64,000 nt of DNA, from NCBI GenBank assembly GCA_010093705.1, contig MU006094.1, positions 347,550-411,549 of the forward strand. Reading direction: 5' to 3'. Shown here one piece after another: positions 1-13,868 of the stretch. This DNA is from Patellaria atrata CBS 101060 (taxonomy: Eukaryota). How positions within the stretch are numbered: position 1 is the stretch's first letter; every line of letters begins with the position of its first letter. The notes beneath the pieces are model-generated. The model worked only from the letters and a program-made list of their open reading frames with translations. It was not told the DNA's origin and made no database searches. Made by a program: the position numbers and the translations under genes.

Positions 1-125
1 AGGGCTTCAAAAAGATATAATATTCAGCTTCAACAGTTATCTGGTTGTAAAGCTACATCAAGAAACATAAAAATGCGATGATTCTGGCGGGGTGTTGTGT
101 GCGATGATGTGGTGTAGCCAAGAGT

Positions 126-2240
126 TCACGATGTTTCGAAAGTCACAGTAATCCTGACGAAGTTGGTAAAGATGGTAGTTGAGACAATGCCGGCGCAGGT
201 ATTCTTGAGGACATCAGTTGGTTGACTCTGCATAGCTAGTGCAACTATTTCAGAGATAGAGTCCCAGGAGTTAGAGCTCAAACCTTCGCCCCAGGAAAAG
301 ATCATCTATCCCACACAATATACTATCAGCACAGCACACGATAACCGGATTGCAGTTCCTCTGCTATTATATGCATAGACGTTTATGTCAATCTTTACCC
401 GGAACCGAGCCATCTCAGTAGTATCTGAATCCTCAGGTAGGTTATAGATATTTCCACCGTCTCTAAATTCATGTTTCGGCATGATTTCCTTACACCACTC
501 CCCGTTCCCATCATAGCACATCTCTGTACATGCAGTGTCCGTGCAGCCTTTTAGGGTCCCTTGAGGAATGACGGAAGATGCAGTGCTCGCGAGACCATTC
601 GTGATCATGATTGAGAGAATCAACTCTATTACGGGATTGACGAATGTTACAGTATCGTGCCACCTCGGATTCTGCGATTTGGGAATGTGTTCTATGATGT
701 CCTGAAAAACTGTTCGGTTGTAATCAACGATGTATGGATTGAGGTAATTTGCCCACTCTGCAGAAACGGTGATGGGCTTAGTATTCGGAAGATGACAGGT
801 ACCCAGGTCCTCCCAACCACCGGGGCTTCCAGTGACCACTTTGATAGCACTACGGTGACCCTGAATAGTGGGGGGTGCCCACAGTGCGTCCACTGCACAA
901 GGTACCAACCTTTTTCCACCAGGCCAGGAAGGTGGAAACGAAACGAAAGCACCAATGGTATTTTTCTCAAGCCCATCCGCTGGAAGTTCGACAAAATGAA
1001 GGACTGAAATAATGCTATTGGCATCATTGTAGTTGGCGATAACAGACTGAAGTTTCGAAATATTCTCGAAAACGGCGACTTTAGTGCCAACCAAGCCCAA
1101 GCCTTCCGCACCTTGAATTCCATTACAGAAAGTGCTTATAATGGGTACATAAAGTTGGTTCACGGGGGGTTCGCCGTGCAAGGTGACATTACCCTTGGTA
1201 ATGCACACTGCCATAGTAATCGGTTGGTATATATCGTTTGATGGACCAGGTTACATCTTGACGGTATCGAAAACGCCTAGAGTATGTAAGATGTTCAACT
1301 ATCCGGTATCCTACGGCGGCGTTGATCCACAATCGCCCAATCTCGGTCACAGTATCTGCAAGATTGGACATTTGAGTGGTTGGCCATGGTCTAATAAGAT
1401 GCATAAAGTCCTACATTTGTATCTTGTAGAACTGCTTCATAGATTTCTTGCTAGGGAGCCCAAAGAATTCGGCCATGGTCGTCATCTGATTGAGGTTAGG
1501 CCAAAATGGAAGTAACCCCTCGGAAATGGAAACCCAGTCTCTAGATATACAGGTGGTTGAGAGAGTAATGTTAGCACATGTTGCTGGGATTGCCGAATCG
1601 TTTAATGTCAACGGCCAGAGTTCATCTTCTGTAGCATTAAGGTAGAATTCAGTACCGCCATCAGGCCACTTGTCCAGCCTTGGTCTCATAGCAATAGCAC
1701 TAGAACGGCCGACAGTGGTGAAGAGGATAGATCCGACTATGATCATCAATAAAAGGTCCCATTTAGTGAAGCTTGAACTGAAACGCGCTTTTAGCGTCCC
1801 GGCGAACTCCTTTGACCAAAGATAAACGATACTCGAAAATTGTACGCTTCCAAAAATAGCACCGAATGGTATGCCGTTCCCCAAAGCGAGTTCGCGACGT
1901 ATAAATGTGACCACTATGAGAGTAAGGGATGCTTGCATAGCTAGCTCGTGTAGTTTGCCGCGAACTGTAGGGCAGAGAGCTTCACATCATCATAACCCGA
2001 AACTCCGGCTAACTCACCGCCGATGTAATACCCACGAATATTTAGTATCAGGAGATCGATAGCAACCCCGAGTGGAGGCAGGTGGGCAGAGAACGACAAA
2101 GATGTAATCCATCGGCTACGATGCGTCGCCTGCTTGGGGAGTTCTTCCTTCGGCCGACGAATCAACTTGTAGCAGACGTTCCATAGAAGCGACAGGCCTA
2201 GTGAACGAAGAAGAACTCCAATCCACGATTGCCTTTGCAA
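126..2240 (-). pseudogene. Disrupted fungal multi-pass membrane protein of unknown function (LQFAAKLHE ... WDSISEIVALAM ... NTCAGI family)
   Basis: Four consecutive minus-strand ORFs join into one protein. A 1-nt deletion near 1953 turns LQFAAKLHELAMQASL into LQFAANYTS*. In-frame TAG at 1411-1413 (KIQM*DFMHL). Frame change near 1200-1230. In-frame TAG at 306-308 followed by MIFSWGEGLSSNSWDSISEIVALAMQSQPTDVLKNTCAGI. 5' end uncertain. Confidence 0.8.
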
Positions 2241-3699
2241 AGGTGGTTGGTTTCTTGTATTACTAATAGTATCGTGTGCGTGCTCCTGCGGATGCCTATT
2301 CTTGTCAGCTTAATTCCAAGAAAAAGTTACACGAACGTGATACTGCCTGGGATGACTAGGGTATAATTGTAGAAAAATTTCTCCAAGAGGCTAGATGTTA
2401 TGTCCACGTCGAACTTTCCAATCTTGACAGTCCATGATGTGCTAGATTGCTAATACTTACTTAGGTCTGGTTCGAGATCCATCAAAAGATGAGAATAATT
2501 CAACATCGCTATCAAGTCTGTTCAGTCTACTGTACCCAGACATTGTTTCAAATGGAGATTTTGACCGGAATTAAAAGTATGTTCAAAGGTATGAAAAGCT
2601 CTGAAGTGATCACGGTTGTAATGATGGAATATAGCTTGATAATAGAGTTTGAAATTTGAAATGTAAAAAGCTGTAGCCTTGATAATGGTACCATACTGGT
2701 GTAGGAAAATCATGCTCCTAAGATTATATAAAAGGGACCTAAATCTGATTCCACGACGCCATTCTAAACTAGTGCTTCTATCGAGTGTACCTTCGTAAAC
2801 CTTATGCAAGCCATACTTGAACTAGCCAGCGGGATTGGTGGTGCAGAAAGGTCTACAAGATGAATACATCAAGAAGTAGCGCCGTACACTAATTATAGGA
2901 GTCAGGACCACAAGGCTGGAACGAGGAAGCTACTCAGCAAGACATGGACTGATAAGGAAGATACATTCGTGATGTCAAGGTTTCTACAGTCTCCAAACAG
3001 CACTTATCACTGGCCATCTGTTCGCGGTAGGTAAGGCAAGTAACCTTGAATCCGATCGCCTAGTTGCAACTCTTCCCTTAGAGATCGAGGTGTAAGAGGA
3101 GGTGCGAGCCAGTTTCGTCAGACTTTCCGAGAATTTGAAGGAATCTTGCACTCGATGTACCGGCCAATAGAGAACCAAGCCATAAGTAGGACGAATAGGG
3201 CATCTACGACAACTCGATCTTTAATAGGTTCGCGGAAAATGGGGGCCAGGGCTATTCGTGCATCTCTTATATGTGGGCAGCGGCTTCAATCCGGTGAGTT
3301 CTATTGTGGGATTACTGTAATAGTGTTTCCATCCGCTTCTGTCACTAGAGCAAATGAATTGACTCTTAGGGCAAACTGCTGTTGAAAAAACATACCTTGA
3401 TTTTTTGATATCAAAAGAGGTAGTTAGCATAAGCTGTAATTCTAGGTGGTGGAGCTAGAACTAGTCCAGTATTGCGTCCTAACTTCTTTTCGTATCCCTG
3501 TTAATTTCTAAGCTATTACACCGTGCACACCTCCTATAAGGTAGCTGGTTACTCTTGTACAGGAAGGTATATCATAACAATCCGCCCCGGTACCCAACAT
3601 ATATACCTTACTCTTAAACCACCCTTGGAGTTCTGCCGCCGCTAGAACTAGGCGCTTGTGGCTGAGAAGAACAGACTAATATTCCGCAATGTGTGCCGC

Positions 3700-4687
3700 A
3701 CTCTGATGTTACATCTCATTACGCCGTATTGATACCTTTACATGAAGATGAGTATGTACAGAGCATGCTCCTTATTGATTCTTATTCTTTAGCTGAGTAG
3801 TATAAGGTATAGCTTCATTCCCTAGGAGACCTTAACCCTCCTCAGTCAGATTCTCAACTCTTAAGTTGAGTTCACGATGCTTCTCAGGCTCCGACGCTAT
3901 AGGCGGACATTTATCAAAGCAGCGTTACTAAAGTGATTTGGCTTAACGATATTGTGTTTACGGTTAGCATAGTTGTATACAACATACTATTGCCAGAAGC
4001 TAACCAAGGCACGGATAACAGACCCAAGATATCCTTACTCTTCTATCGACGAACTTCGGTGATTATGCTGCTGGATGTTCACTTGACTTTGCGAAGCCGC
4101 CTCTATATTATGATACCTTTGCGCTACGCGATATCGATGGCTATAAGACGGCTACACAGACGTGGCCCTATTTCCAATCATCTACCTCACGCCGTGCTCT
4201 AATCTCGAACAGAGCTGTACCTGTCCAGTCTTGTTGGAATGGGATGGTCGTTATGAATGCGCAACCATTCTACGCTGCTGATCCTTTGAAATTTAGAGGC
4301 ATCCCGGACAGCTTTGCAGAGTTACACTTAGAGGGATCAGAATGCTGTCTCGTCCATGCTGATAATCCTCTAAGTGCGTCTCGAGGCGTATGGCTTAATC
4401 CGAATGTTCGGGTTGATTATAATCCTAAGGCATACGATATTGTAAATGCATCTCCTGGTGAGCCTTGGCCTTCTCCACGCACACGCATAAACGGGAGTTG
4501 GTATAATAGATGGTGTCGGTGGACAGGAGCTCCACGCCGTATCTTGGAGGGTTTTGTGGTAACTTGGAGGTTAAGGAAATGGAAGTCGAGCTAACTGCCT
4601 GCTGGAAAGGTGAGGAGCGAAGCAGGAGCGAATTGTTTGATCAATGAAATGCAAGTTTTAATAGAAAATGGATGGAAACATCTTTGA
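3700..4687 (+). pseudogene. Cap59/CMT1-like alpha-1,3-mannosyltransferase (GT69) remnant
   Basis: VIWLNDIVF, then an intron (~3963-4021), then GDYAAGCSLDFAKPPLYYDTFALRD..TWPYF..PVQSCWNGMVVMNAQPF..LEGSECCLVHADNPLS..GVWLNPNVRV. In-frame TAA at 4592-4594 precedes the conserved tail CLINEMQVLIENGWKHL*. No intact 5' half found; start approximate. Confidence 0.8.
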
Positions 4688-5614
4688 CATGGATTTATTG
4701 CTTAAACCATCAATCTATATAGGAGTAGTAGATACCCGAGTTGAGAGTGATAGTTCCAGTTGACAGTGTTCATACGATACCTGTATTTATGATGATACTG
4801 ATGATCTTGCGTATCACCACTCCAGGAGACCTTCACTTAGCTATACACGTTCCTAAGATCATCGCGGGGAATCCATTTCGTAGTACACGGTACCCGACGC
4901 CATTATCTATACGGCGCGTCTACAAGGATGTATCTCAATTGTGAAATGACGGCAGCGGCCTAGGAGGGTAGAGAGCAGAGTGTCCTGATAATTCAACGCG
5001 GTGAAGTCCAATTGCAACAGAAGCATCAATAGTAATAGGGAATCCGGTACGGTATGAGGGGTTCTGCTGTACAATACAATTGTCAGCTTTCGTTCAAGCT
5101 TCCGGTCCGAAGTTTCAAAATACCTTCACCCCACCTCCCAGACGAGACGAGAACCAACGAAGCTGCATAATCTACCCTCCATAACACTACCCTCGGAGTC
5201 ATCCTGGAGATGAGATATTCATCTTGTAGCGCTCACGATGCGTCCATCGACTATTCTGGATGGCTTGTCAAGCTTGTTCATCGAATTTGCATGGTGGAAT
5301 TGGTCATTCCTCATGTGCGTTGGCCGCAGCCTCAGCGTGTCCAGCCCTGATTGGATATTCTACACCAAGGTGCACCCATTGGACAGTTCGCGGCGCGTGC
5401 TGGCAATGTTCACCATTGACAGCGAAGATTTTCGGAAGCTTGGGGTGAAATTGAGGGATTGATAACGATTCATGAAAATTGAATATTTTGTGTAGCTTCG
5501 CTGTCGTCTGAGCTCGTACGCTTTCACAAAAACATTTACTGTTACGCCTGTGAATAACTTTCATCACACTTGCGCCACCCCATCACCTTACCGCCCGCGC
5601 GTTGGCAGGGCAAT

Positions 5615-8600
5615 ATGAAGAAATCACACCGCAACACTGGGTACGTCTTTCAACTGCAAATCTTTTGCAGCAACATCTTCACAGTTCCTTGCAAACTTCC
5701 TAATACTTCATCAAACGTGTATTCTAATTGCTAATTGATAATCTCAAAAGAAGCCCAGACACTCCCTCCAAAGAAGTTCTTGCAGATATCACACGAGGAA
5801 CCTCACGAAGCCGCAGAAAGCTCCTCCCAGGACGTTCACAGACCGACACGGGTAGCAAACCTACCCGACCACCTCTAGAACCTAAAGCATCTGAAGAGCG
5901 GCACTCACGAAAGTCCTTTACACAGTCTCGTCCCGGTTTACCTAAGCGCTCATCCAGCATGCGTCGTGCCTATAACTTCATCTTTGGTAGCTCTTCCAAT
6001 GCACCACCTGTACGTGAGCCCCCACGGACTCCTACGAAAGATGCCACAGGTCAAGAAAAATCACCACAAGCTACACCTTCCCGTGAAACAACTGCCCGCG
6101 AAACTTCTGCTCGTGAAGCTCCTCCGCTAGAAGTTACTGAGGAGACACCTGTGCAAGAAGCACTAGCAGAAGCATTGGCGGATGGGTCATCTACACCAGA
6201 GACACTGTCAAAGCAGAAGTCGATGGAAGAGATCCTACAAAAATATAAGAATGATCTCGAAGAAGCGAACAAGACCGTTGAATCTCAAGATGCTCAACTA
6301 GCTGCTTTGCAGAAGGAAATTACAGATCGAGAGGAAGAGTTCCACGCGAAAGAGAAAGCATTGATAGCGCGGAAAGCAGCACTGGAGGAACATATGGTCT
6401 CAGTAGTAGTCCAACAGATCACTGATGCTAGACACTCGGCACGGGATGAGGCAATGAAAGAAGCTGACGAGATACACTCAGCTGAGTTGGTAAGCTTTAA
6501 TATTTTACCTACATTGTCAGAACGGTTCGCTCACAATTATAGGAACGTCTAAGAAGTGAACATGATGAACAGATAGCTTCGCTCACAAGTGAACGTGACG
6601 CTACATCCGCTTCCATTACTCAATTGAGGGCCGAAGTTGATAACCTCAAAAATGAGATCACCTCCTTGTCGAGCCGGTTCGAAAGCGCCAAAGCGGAAGT
6701 TATGGAAAAGGATAGTCTGCTGTCTAAGCTCCAGAGTGAGAGCGCATCAGCGATAAAGGATGCTCACAACACAAAATCTGAGCTGGAGGCTAAAATCGAC
6801 ACTATTAACAGCCAACTCGCGGATGTCCAAGAACAGCTCAACAATACTCGAACCGCTTATGACGATTACGTGGCGAAATACAACGACCTGGAGCAGCGTA
6901 GTGAGGCAGCTTTGAACGAGGCCCAGTCCTCAGCATCCGCTCTCGCAAGGGATCTTGATGAGCAAATTCAAAAGTTGACCGATGAGCTAGGAAGCGCCAA
7001 AGATCTCGTAGAACAGTCATCAAGCAAGCACAAAGTTGATCTTGAACAAGCTCAAGAAGCTCTTGCGCAGGCCGTCCAGGACTCTACCTCACTTAAAGCC
7101 CGATTGGAAAAGTTGACAGCAGACGTCGATGCAGCCCAAAAAGCTACAGTTGCAGCTACTGCCGAACGCGACACCTTAAAGACTACATTGGAACAAGCGG
7201 AAGCTGCATTGAAAGAGAGTGAAGCTTCCGTCCAAGAATCTAAGGCACTCTTGCAAGAGAAAGCAGCAGACCTTGAGAAGCTAGTTGCTGAGCAGAAAGC
7301 GATCTCCGAAACCTACGCTGATGCTAATACGACCAAGGAGAAAGAGCTTGCCGATCTAAAAGTGGAACATGCACAGTTACAAAAAACTCACGACGATCTC
7401 CTCGTCTCGACAAAATCCGATGGCGATAGTAAGGATGAAGCGCTCAAAGCAGTGCAGGATGAGCTTGAATCAACCAAAGCAGACATTGCCAGGATCACTT
7501 CCGAACTTGAAACTGCGAACATCGAGAATACGTCGATAAAAGCAGCTCTTGAGACCGCTAAGGAAGAACATTCGCAACTTAGCGCAGCTTCAGAAATAGC
7601 CCGAAGTGATGTTAAGTCACTGCAGGCTCAACTCGAGGCTAGCGATGCAGCGCTGAAGGAAGCCGAAGCTTCCCATCAGAAGGCACAGGATGAGCTTACG
7701 TCCAAGACATCTGATCTTGACTCAGCGAACGCTCGCATCTCAGAGCTAACTCAGGATATTGAGACGACTAACTCAGACCTCTCAGCTGCGAAATCAAAGA
7801 TTGAGGAGTTGTCGAGAGAATCCGAATTGCTTGCATCGACCAAATCCGACCTGGAATCATCTCAATCTCGTATTGCGGAGCTTACCAGTGAACTTGAAAC
7901 TGCAACTGCTGCGAAGAGCGAATTGGAGAGCAAGCACGCTCAGCTGACTAAGGACCTTGAAGGCGCCTCTGGAGATGCCTCATCGATGAAGGCCGAGTTA
8001 GAGGCATCTAATTCTCAAATTGCCGAACTGACAAAGAAATCCGATACCGATGCTGCTGAGATCGAGGAACTGAGGAAGAAAACCGAGATCGCGTCGGCCC
8101 AAATTGAACAATTGACAAAGCAGGCCGAAGACGGTTCATTCCTGAAGGGAGAGCTTGATGAAGCAAAAGCTAAGATTCATCAACTTACAACCGATCTTGA
8201 AGCTGCCGAAAAGTACAAGTCTGACCTAGAGGCTGCTAATACTCGCATCACGAAACTTACTCAAGAAGTTAAAACGGGCGCGGCTGCTAAGTCTGAACTA
8301 GACCATGCTCAAGCCCAGATCGATGAGCTGAAGAAGGAGCTTGATGCGGCATCTGCTGTAAAGACAGAGCTCGAGTCCTCACAGGCTAAAATTGCGACTT
8401 TATCGAAAGAAATGGAGGATGCTGATGCCGTCAAGAGTCAGCTTGAATCCACACAAGCAGAGGTTACCAAGCTTAAGGGGGAAATTGACGCTGCAGAGGG
8501 TGTCAAAGCTGAGTTAGAGACAGCGAAGAGGAACATTGCCGATCTAGGCGAGGAACTTGCAGGAGCAGCATCCACTAAAGCTAATTTGGAGAAGGCTCAA

Positions 8601-10526
8601 GGCGAAATCAACGACCTGAACCAGAAACTCGAGGAAGCGTCGAAAGTTAGCGCTGAGCTCGAATCAACCAAGGAGAAGCTTACGGCTACGGAAACCTCAT
8701 TGTCATCTGCCGAATCAGAAGCTGCCAAGCTTGCAGATTTATCTACTGAGCTTGAAACGACAAAGGAGAAGCTTGCAGCCGCTGAAAGCTCACTTTCATC
8801 TGCACAAGCCGACGTAACTAAACTTGCAGATGTCTCTGCTGAATTGGAATATTCAAAAGCCAAGGTTGAGGAACTCACTGAAAAATTAGACGCTGCTGCA
8901 GCTGACAGCGCCGAACTCACTACAACTAAGGAAAAGCTTGCATCTGCGGAAGCATCGCTGGAGACTTCGAAGACTGAATCAAATGCGAAGCTTACTTCAC
9001 TTCAAGAAGAGCACAAGGCATTGAAAGCCCGTTTGGCAGAGCTGGAGACCTCTCTTAAAGATGCGGAAGCTTCTCGTGATGATGCAAAGTCTTCCGTTGA
9101 CACTGAGGCATCCAAAGTGAAGGCAGCAGAGGACAAGGTTACTGAGCTAACGTCCGAAATTGAAGCCCTGAAGGCCACTAAGGAGAAGGTCGATGCTCTT
9201 GAGGCTGCTCAGAAGGGTGCTGAAGAGAAGATCTTATCACTCGAGGTCCAGAAGGGCTCTCTCGCTGAAGAGCTCGACACTGTTCGCAGCGCGAGTTCCG
9301 AAGCCGACGATAAGGTACAGTCCCTTACCGCCGCTAAGGAATCTGCAGAGAAGAAACTCGAGGAAATCGAGGCTGCAAAAGACGCTGCAGAGAAGAAGCT
9401 CGAGGAAATTGAAACTGCTAAAGATGCCGCAGAAAAGAAGCTCGCGGACCTCCAATCTGCGAAAGAAACTGCCGAGAAGACAGCTGCTGATGCAACTTCC
9501 GCCAAGGATGCTGCGGAGAACGACCTAACTGCTGCTGAGACAGCCAAGAAGTCTGCAGAAGACGAGGTCGAGCAAGTAAAGTCAGAACTTTCTGCTAAAA
9601 TCAAAGCAGCGGAAGCAAAAGCCGATGAGTTAGCAGCACAACTGGCTTCCAAAGAGACAGAAGCAGAGATGAAAGTAACGGAAGCACAGTCTGCTGCTGA
9701 AGAAAGGATCAAAGCAGCAGAGGAAAAGACCGAACAATTACAATCAGAGCTTGCGACCAAGGATAAACAGGCTGAAGAAAAAGCGGAGGAAACGCGATCA
9801 GCAGCGGACGAGAGAGTCAAGGTAGCTGAAGGGATGGTTGATCAGTTGAAGCTGGACCTTGCCGCTAAGGAGAAAGAAGCAGATGATAAAGCAGAGGAAG
9901 CTCAATCAGCAGCTGATGAGAAGGTCAAAGCAGCGGAGGATAAGCTCGAGCAGTTAAAGACTGAGCTTGCCGCTAAGGATGAAGCAACAGAAAAGAAACT
10001 GACAGAAGAAAAGTCAGCTGCCGAAGAGAAGATCAAAGTAGCAGAAGAAAAAGCCGAGCAGTTGAAGTCGAAGCTCGCTGCCAAGGAGAAAGAAGCAGAC
10101 GAGAAATACGCGGAAGCTCAGTCCGCAGTTGATGAGAAAGTCAAGGCAGTCGAGGGCAAGATTGACCAGTTGAAGACTGAACTCGCTGCGAAAGAGGAAC
10201 AAGCAGCTACCAAAGAGGCAGCTGCAGCAAAAGCCGCAGAGACTCAGGAGGCCGCGGAAAAGAGGGCGGCGGACGTGGAGGCGAAACTCCAGCAGCTCCA
10301 GGCCGAGCATGAGAAGTTGTCTAAGCAGTTCAATGATCTTTCTACCGAAAAGGCGCAGTCGAAGGCTCCCGGGGCGGTTGAGGTTAAAGAGAACGGTGTC
10401 AAGGATGTCAAACCAGCTGCTGAGGAGAAGATGCCAGAGACGCCTGCGGTGGACATTGCGGATGTGAATGGGGAAAAGACGGCGGATACTGAAAAGGAGA
10501 ACGTGGTTCCTGTTACGGCTGTTTGA
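5615..10526 (+). CDS. Large acidic Ala/Glu/Lys-rich coiled-coil protein (~1,582 aa) with internal tandem repeats
   Basis: Exons 5615-5640, 5751-6489 and 6543-10526 join in frame via GTACGT..CTAAT..AAG and GTAAGC..CTCAC..TAG introns. Disordered S/P/R-rich N-terminus, then ~1,300 aa of heptad-like sequence. Confidence 0.88.
9684..10200 (+). repeat. ~5 copies of a 108-bp (36-aa) coding tandem repeat
   Basis: Unit AQSAAEERIKAAEEKTEQLQSELATKDKQAEEKAEE. Equivalent starts at 9684 and 9900 are 216 bp apart. Confidence 0.85.
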
Positions 10527-11971
10527 GCTTGAACAAATTGTACAGTCAGCATATGGTTGTATCGATGATGGGATGCGGAATGTTTCAAGATTCATGAAGT
10601 ATGTTTGATGGATTAGAGAGTAGACAGAGGGGATGCGTGTTCGATGCTTTCGTTTGAGTTTGTTTAATACCCCCTACTCCTCAGTTGAGATATTTCAATG
10701 GACTTAGATTGTTTCCAAGTCTACCTTAGTCCACACCAAATAAGAACTGGTAAATTGAACCTAAGAGCATCCGTCGTGTTTAGTGTGGAGACTATCCTGG
10801 ACCCTTGATTTAGGCCCCGTAGGATTCGGAACCTGCTATCGTCATGATCACTTTTAATCTAACCTCACATCAACAAATCTGTCTTCGGAGGGCTTGAGAC
10901 TGAACGATAATGCCACGCATTGTTTATAGGTCAGGTTCTTTGGGACATCGGGATCGGGATCGCGTTCGTTACTCGACCGGGCGGGAGCGAGCCCTATCGG
11001 CAACCTTTGGGAAGGACCTGCTCCACTCGGATATACTCTCATCGGCGTGGACATAAATATCACATCTCACATGTTCTTGCAGAGGACGGTATGTATTAAT
11101 TGATCCTTTGATCCCACTCTGGTGGTTCTATAGGTTTACCACTCGTAAGTGAACCGCGCTTTGGGAGCTTTGGATTGTTTTGCATGGCGAGTTGAAGAGT
11201 GATGAATCATGATCAAGTGAATCATCTGTTCTATCTCACCATGATTTCCATTCATTCCGTTTTTTATCATGAGTTCATCGTCCATATCAGTTCTACCTAT
11301 CACTCGTACATTTAGAGTAAGCTATACTCCCACGTCGCATGGTCTTTGACTTGCGGTACGGTTCACCCCTCCAGGGAGATCTAATGTACCGTGATAGTAA
11401 GGTACACCATTAATTGGAGTTGTACAATACAAGAGCCATGTGTTACTTTAATTCTAACCGAGCTGAAATGAATAAAAGATAGATCCCCCAATGTCTGTGC
11501 GGCTGTGGCGTAGCTGACAAGCAGTGAGTCGCTGTGAGTGGACAGAAAGCTACCGGCAAGAGCGAAAGACTGCTGTAACTGCTCTTTTCATGCGCAGAAA
11601 CATCCACGTGGGTCGGTGACAGCTCAAGTTGGATCAACAATTAGGTACCTTAGGTTAACATGAGATGGTCCGGTGAGATGAATGTGCCTCATTGGCACCA
11701 ACTTGGTCAGGTGCTAACGCAGGAACGAGCCTCGAAAGTAGGTAGCATGGACCGGGAAGAGACAGGGCAGTCACGCCGGATTCACCGTCAAACAACTTCA
11801 GGAAAGAGCGAACCATGAAGTGTGAATCAGGAAAGCTCGTTGTCGCCGTTTGTGGCGTCCTCCTACTTGCCGTATTTCTTTCCTTTTATTCAGCCATAAC
11901 CTCCACTTTTGGAGAGAACGACTTCTATTACATCTCTCCGTCGCGTCCATCTCCAGTTCTCTCTGTTTACC

Positions 11972-13868
11972 ATGCTTTGGATTTCTTCGGCCTTGGGTCT
12001 CGCCACGCTGCTTTCGGCTGCCGCATTCGTTCAAGCGGCCACATGGAACTGTCTCCCCGGACAAAGCTGTTGGCCTACAAGACAAGAATGGGCTAAGTTC
12101 AATTTGAGTATCAGTGGACGTCTTCAAGTAACTGTACCGCTCGCCAGTCCATGCTATGGGAGTTCCCCAGATTACAATGCTGCGACTTGCCGTAACATTG
12201 AGGCACAGTACAGTAACCAAGCTTTCAAGTCAGAGTTCTATGGTCAAACTCAAAATACTCAGTGGGAAACATGTGGTAGCAGTCAATGTCAAATCTACAC
12301 ACTTGCACCTGAAACCCCACCATTGAACGGTACTTGTGAGTTGGGAGCTCTCTCTGCTTATCATGTCAGGGCAGTCAGCGCAGATGATGTACAGAAGACA
12401 ATTCGATTCGTCAAGAAGCACAACATTCGGCTCTCGATCAAGAATTCAGGCCATGATTTCTATGGGCGGAGCAGTGGTGCCAATACTCTTGGTCTTTGGG
12501 TCCGCAATATTCGTGGAACTGAGTACCGGGCTTCTTTTTCACTAAAGGGTTGCGGAAAGACGTACCAAAACATTGGGATCATCGGTGCCGGTACCAATGC
12601 TCAGGAAGCGAGGAGCTTCTTTATCTCCAAGGGCATGGAGTACACCATCGGAGCACACCCCACAGTTGGTGTCGCTGGAGGGTTCGGACAAGCCGGTGGC
12701 CATGGACCTTTTGCAGCCAGTTACGGTTTGATGGTGGATCAACCCGTGGAATTCGATGTTGTGACTGCGGACGGCGAACTTCGAACTATCAATGAATGTA
12801 CCGATGAAGATCTTTTCTGGGCCATGCGTGGTGGAGGTGGGGGTTCATATGCTGTTCTGATCAGCTACAAGTTCAAAGTCTACCCGGCAAGGCCAATCAA
12901 TGTTTTCAACTTTGTAGCAGACATCACCAATCCGGTTTCAGATGCACATCAGAGCCTAATCTGGCCTAAACTTTTCGAGACCTTGGTGACTCACCAGGAT
13001 GAATGGGTTACAAACAACATCACCGGCTACAATTTCCTAGGGCCGAGCCATATCGAGATACACCAAATTCTACCATCGAATGAACCGATTGACCACTTCA
13101 AGGTGAAGGTTGATTCTTACAAAAAGGCCTTGGAAGGCATTCCAGGTCTAAACATCACCCTTACTGAATATGCTCGATTCACGCATTATGAAGAGTGGGC
13201 TAATAGTCCACCGATTGTTGCCACCACAGCGCGCCATGCTGGAGGTGGGAGAGCAGGTGTAGCCAGCGGCCGTCTCATCTCGCGAACTCTCTTCGAAGGC
13301 GATCAAACGGACACGCTTGTCGAAGCGCTCCTTGATGGTATGACTGTTGCTTCTAAAGTTCCTATGGAGGCCCAGATATTCTCCTCAACACCCGCCAACC
13401 ACCCCGACAGTGGTAGGAAGACTTCAGTACATCCTGCATGGCGTACTTCACTATGGACCATGTACTGGGCTACCGCTTATTTTAAAGGTACAACGCAGGC
13501 TCAACATGACGCCTTATGGAGCGGGGTCCGAGCTGCCATGCAGCCGGTGAGAGACATAACGCCGGGCTCCGGATGTTATATCAATGAGGGTGATTATGGC
13601 GAGCCGGACTGGCAGCAGACGTATTATGGGGACAATTATGGTAAACTATTGTCGATTAAAAAGAGGTATGATTCGGAAGGGTTATTCAACTGTTGGAAGT
13701 GCGTGGGCTGGACTGGTGCTGATGAGTGAGTGCTTCTTTCGTATTCAGCGTCATGAGAACAGGATGAGTTATACTAACCTGTTGTCTAGTCCAATGTACT
13801 CTTGCTATGGAGAGTCGTCTAATCCCCCAATCCCCACAATGCCGCTTCCCCCAACAGTGGGTGGGTAA
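11972..13868 (+). CDS. Secreted FAD-linked oxidoreductase, berberine-bridge-enzyme / isoamyl-alcohol-oxidase-like
   Basis: Signal peptide MLWISSALGLATLLSAAAFVQA. Motifs CLPGQSCWP, IKNSGHDFYGRS, DLFWAMRGGGGG and YINEGD..WQQTYYGDNYGKLLSIKKRYD..GLFNCWKCVG. Intron 13726-13789 (GTGAGT..CTAAC..TAG). Confidence 0.93.

Noticed and set aside
2300..3600. Possible degraded gene or transposon between the two left-hand pseudogenes
   Set aside because: No transposase or RT motif, terminal repeat or family motif could be recognised by eye.
8597..10595. Long antisense ORFs (e.g. 9209-9820, 10014-10595)
   Set aside because: Shadows of the Ala/Glu/Lys codon bias of the coiled-coil gene; low-complexity S/A/F/L translations.
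10765..10845. tRNA-like stretch (GTTTAGTGTGG..GGATTCGGAACC)
   Set aside because: No convincing acceptor or anticodon stems, and the B-box is non-canonical.
11909..11971. Upstream non-ATG start given by the ORF track for the oxidase
   Set aside because: The ATG at 11972 directly opens a clean signal peptide.
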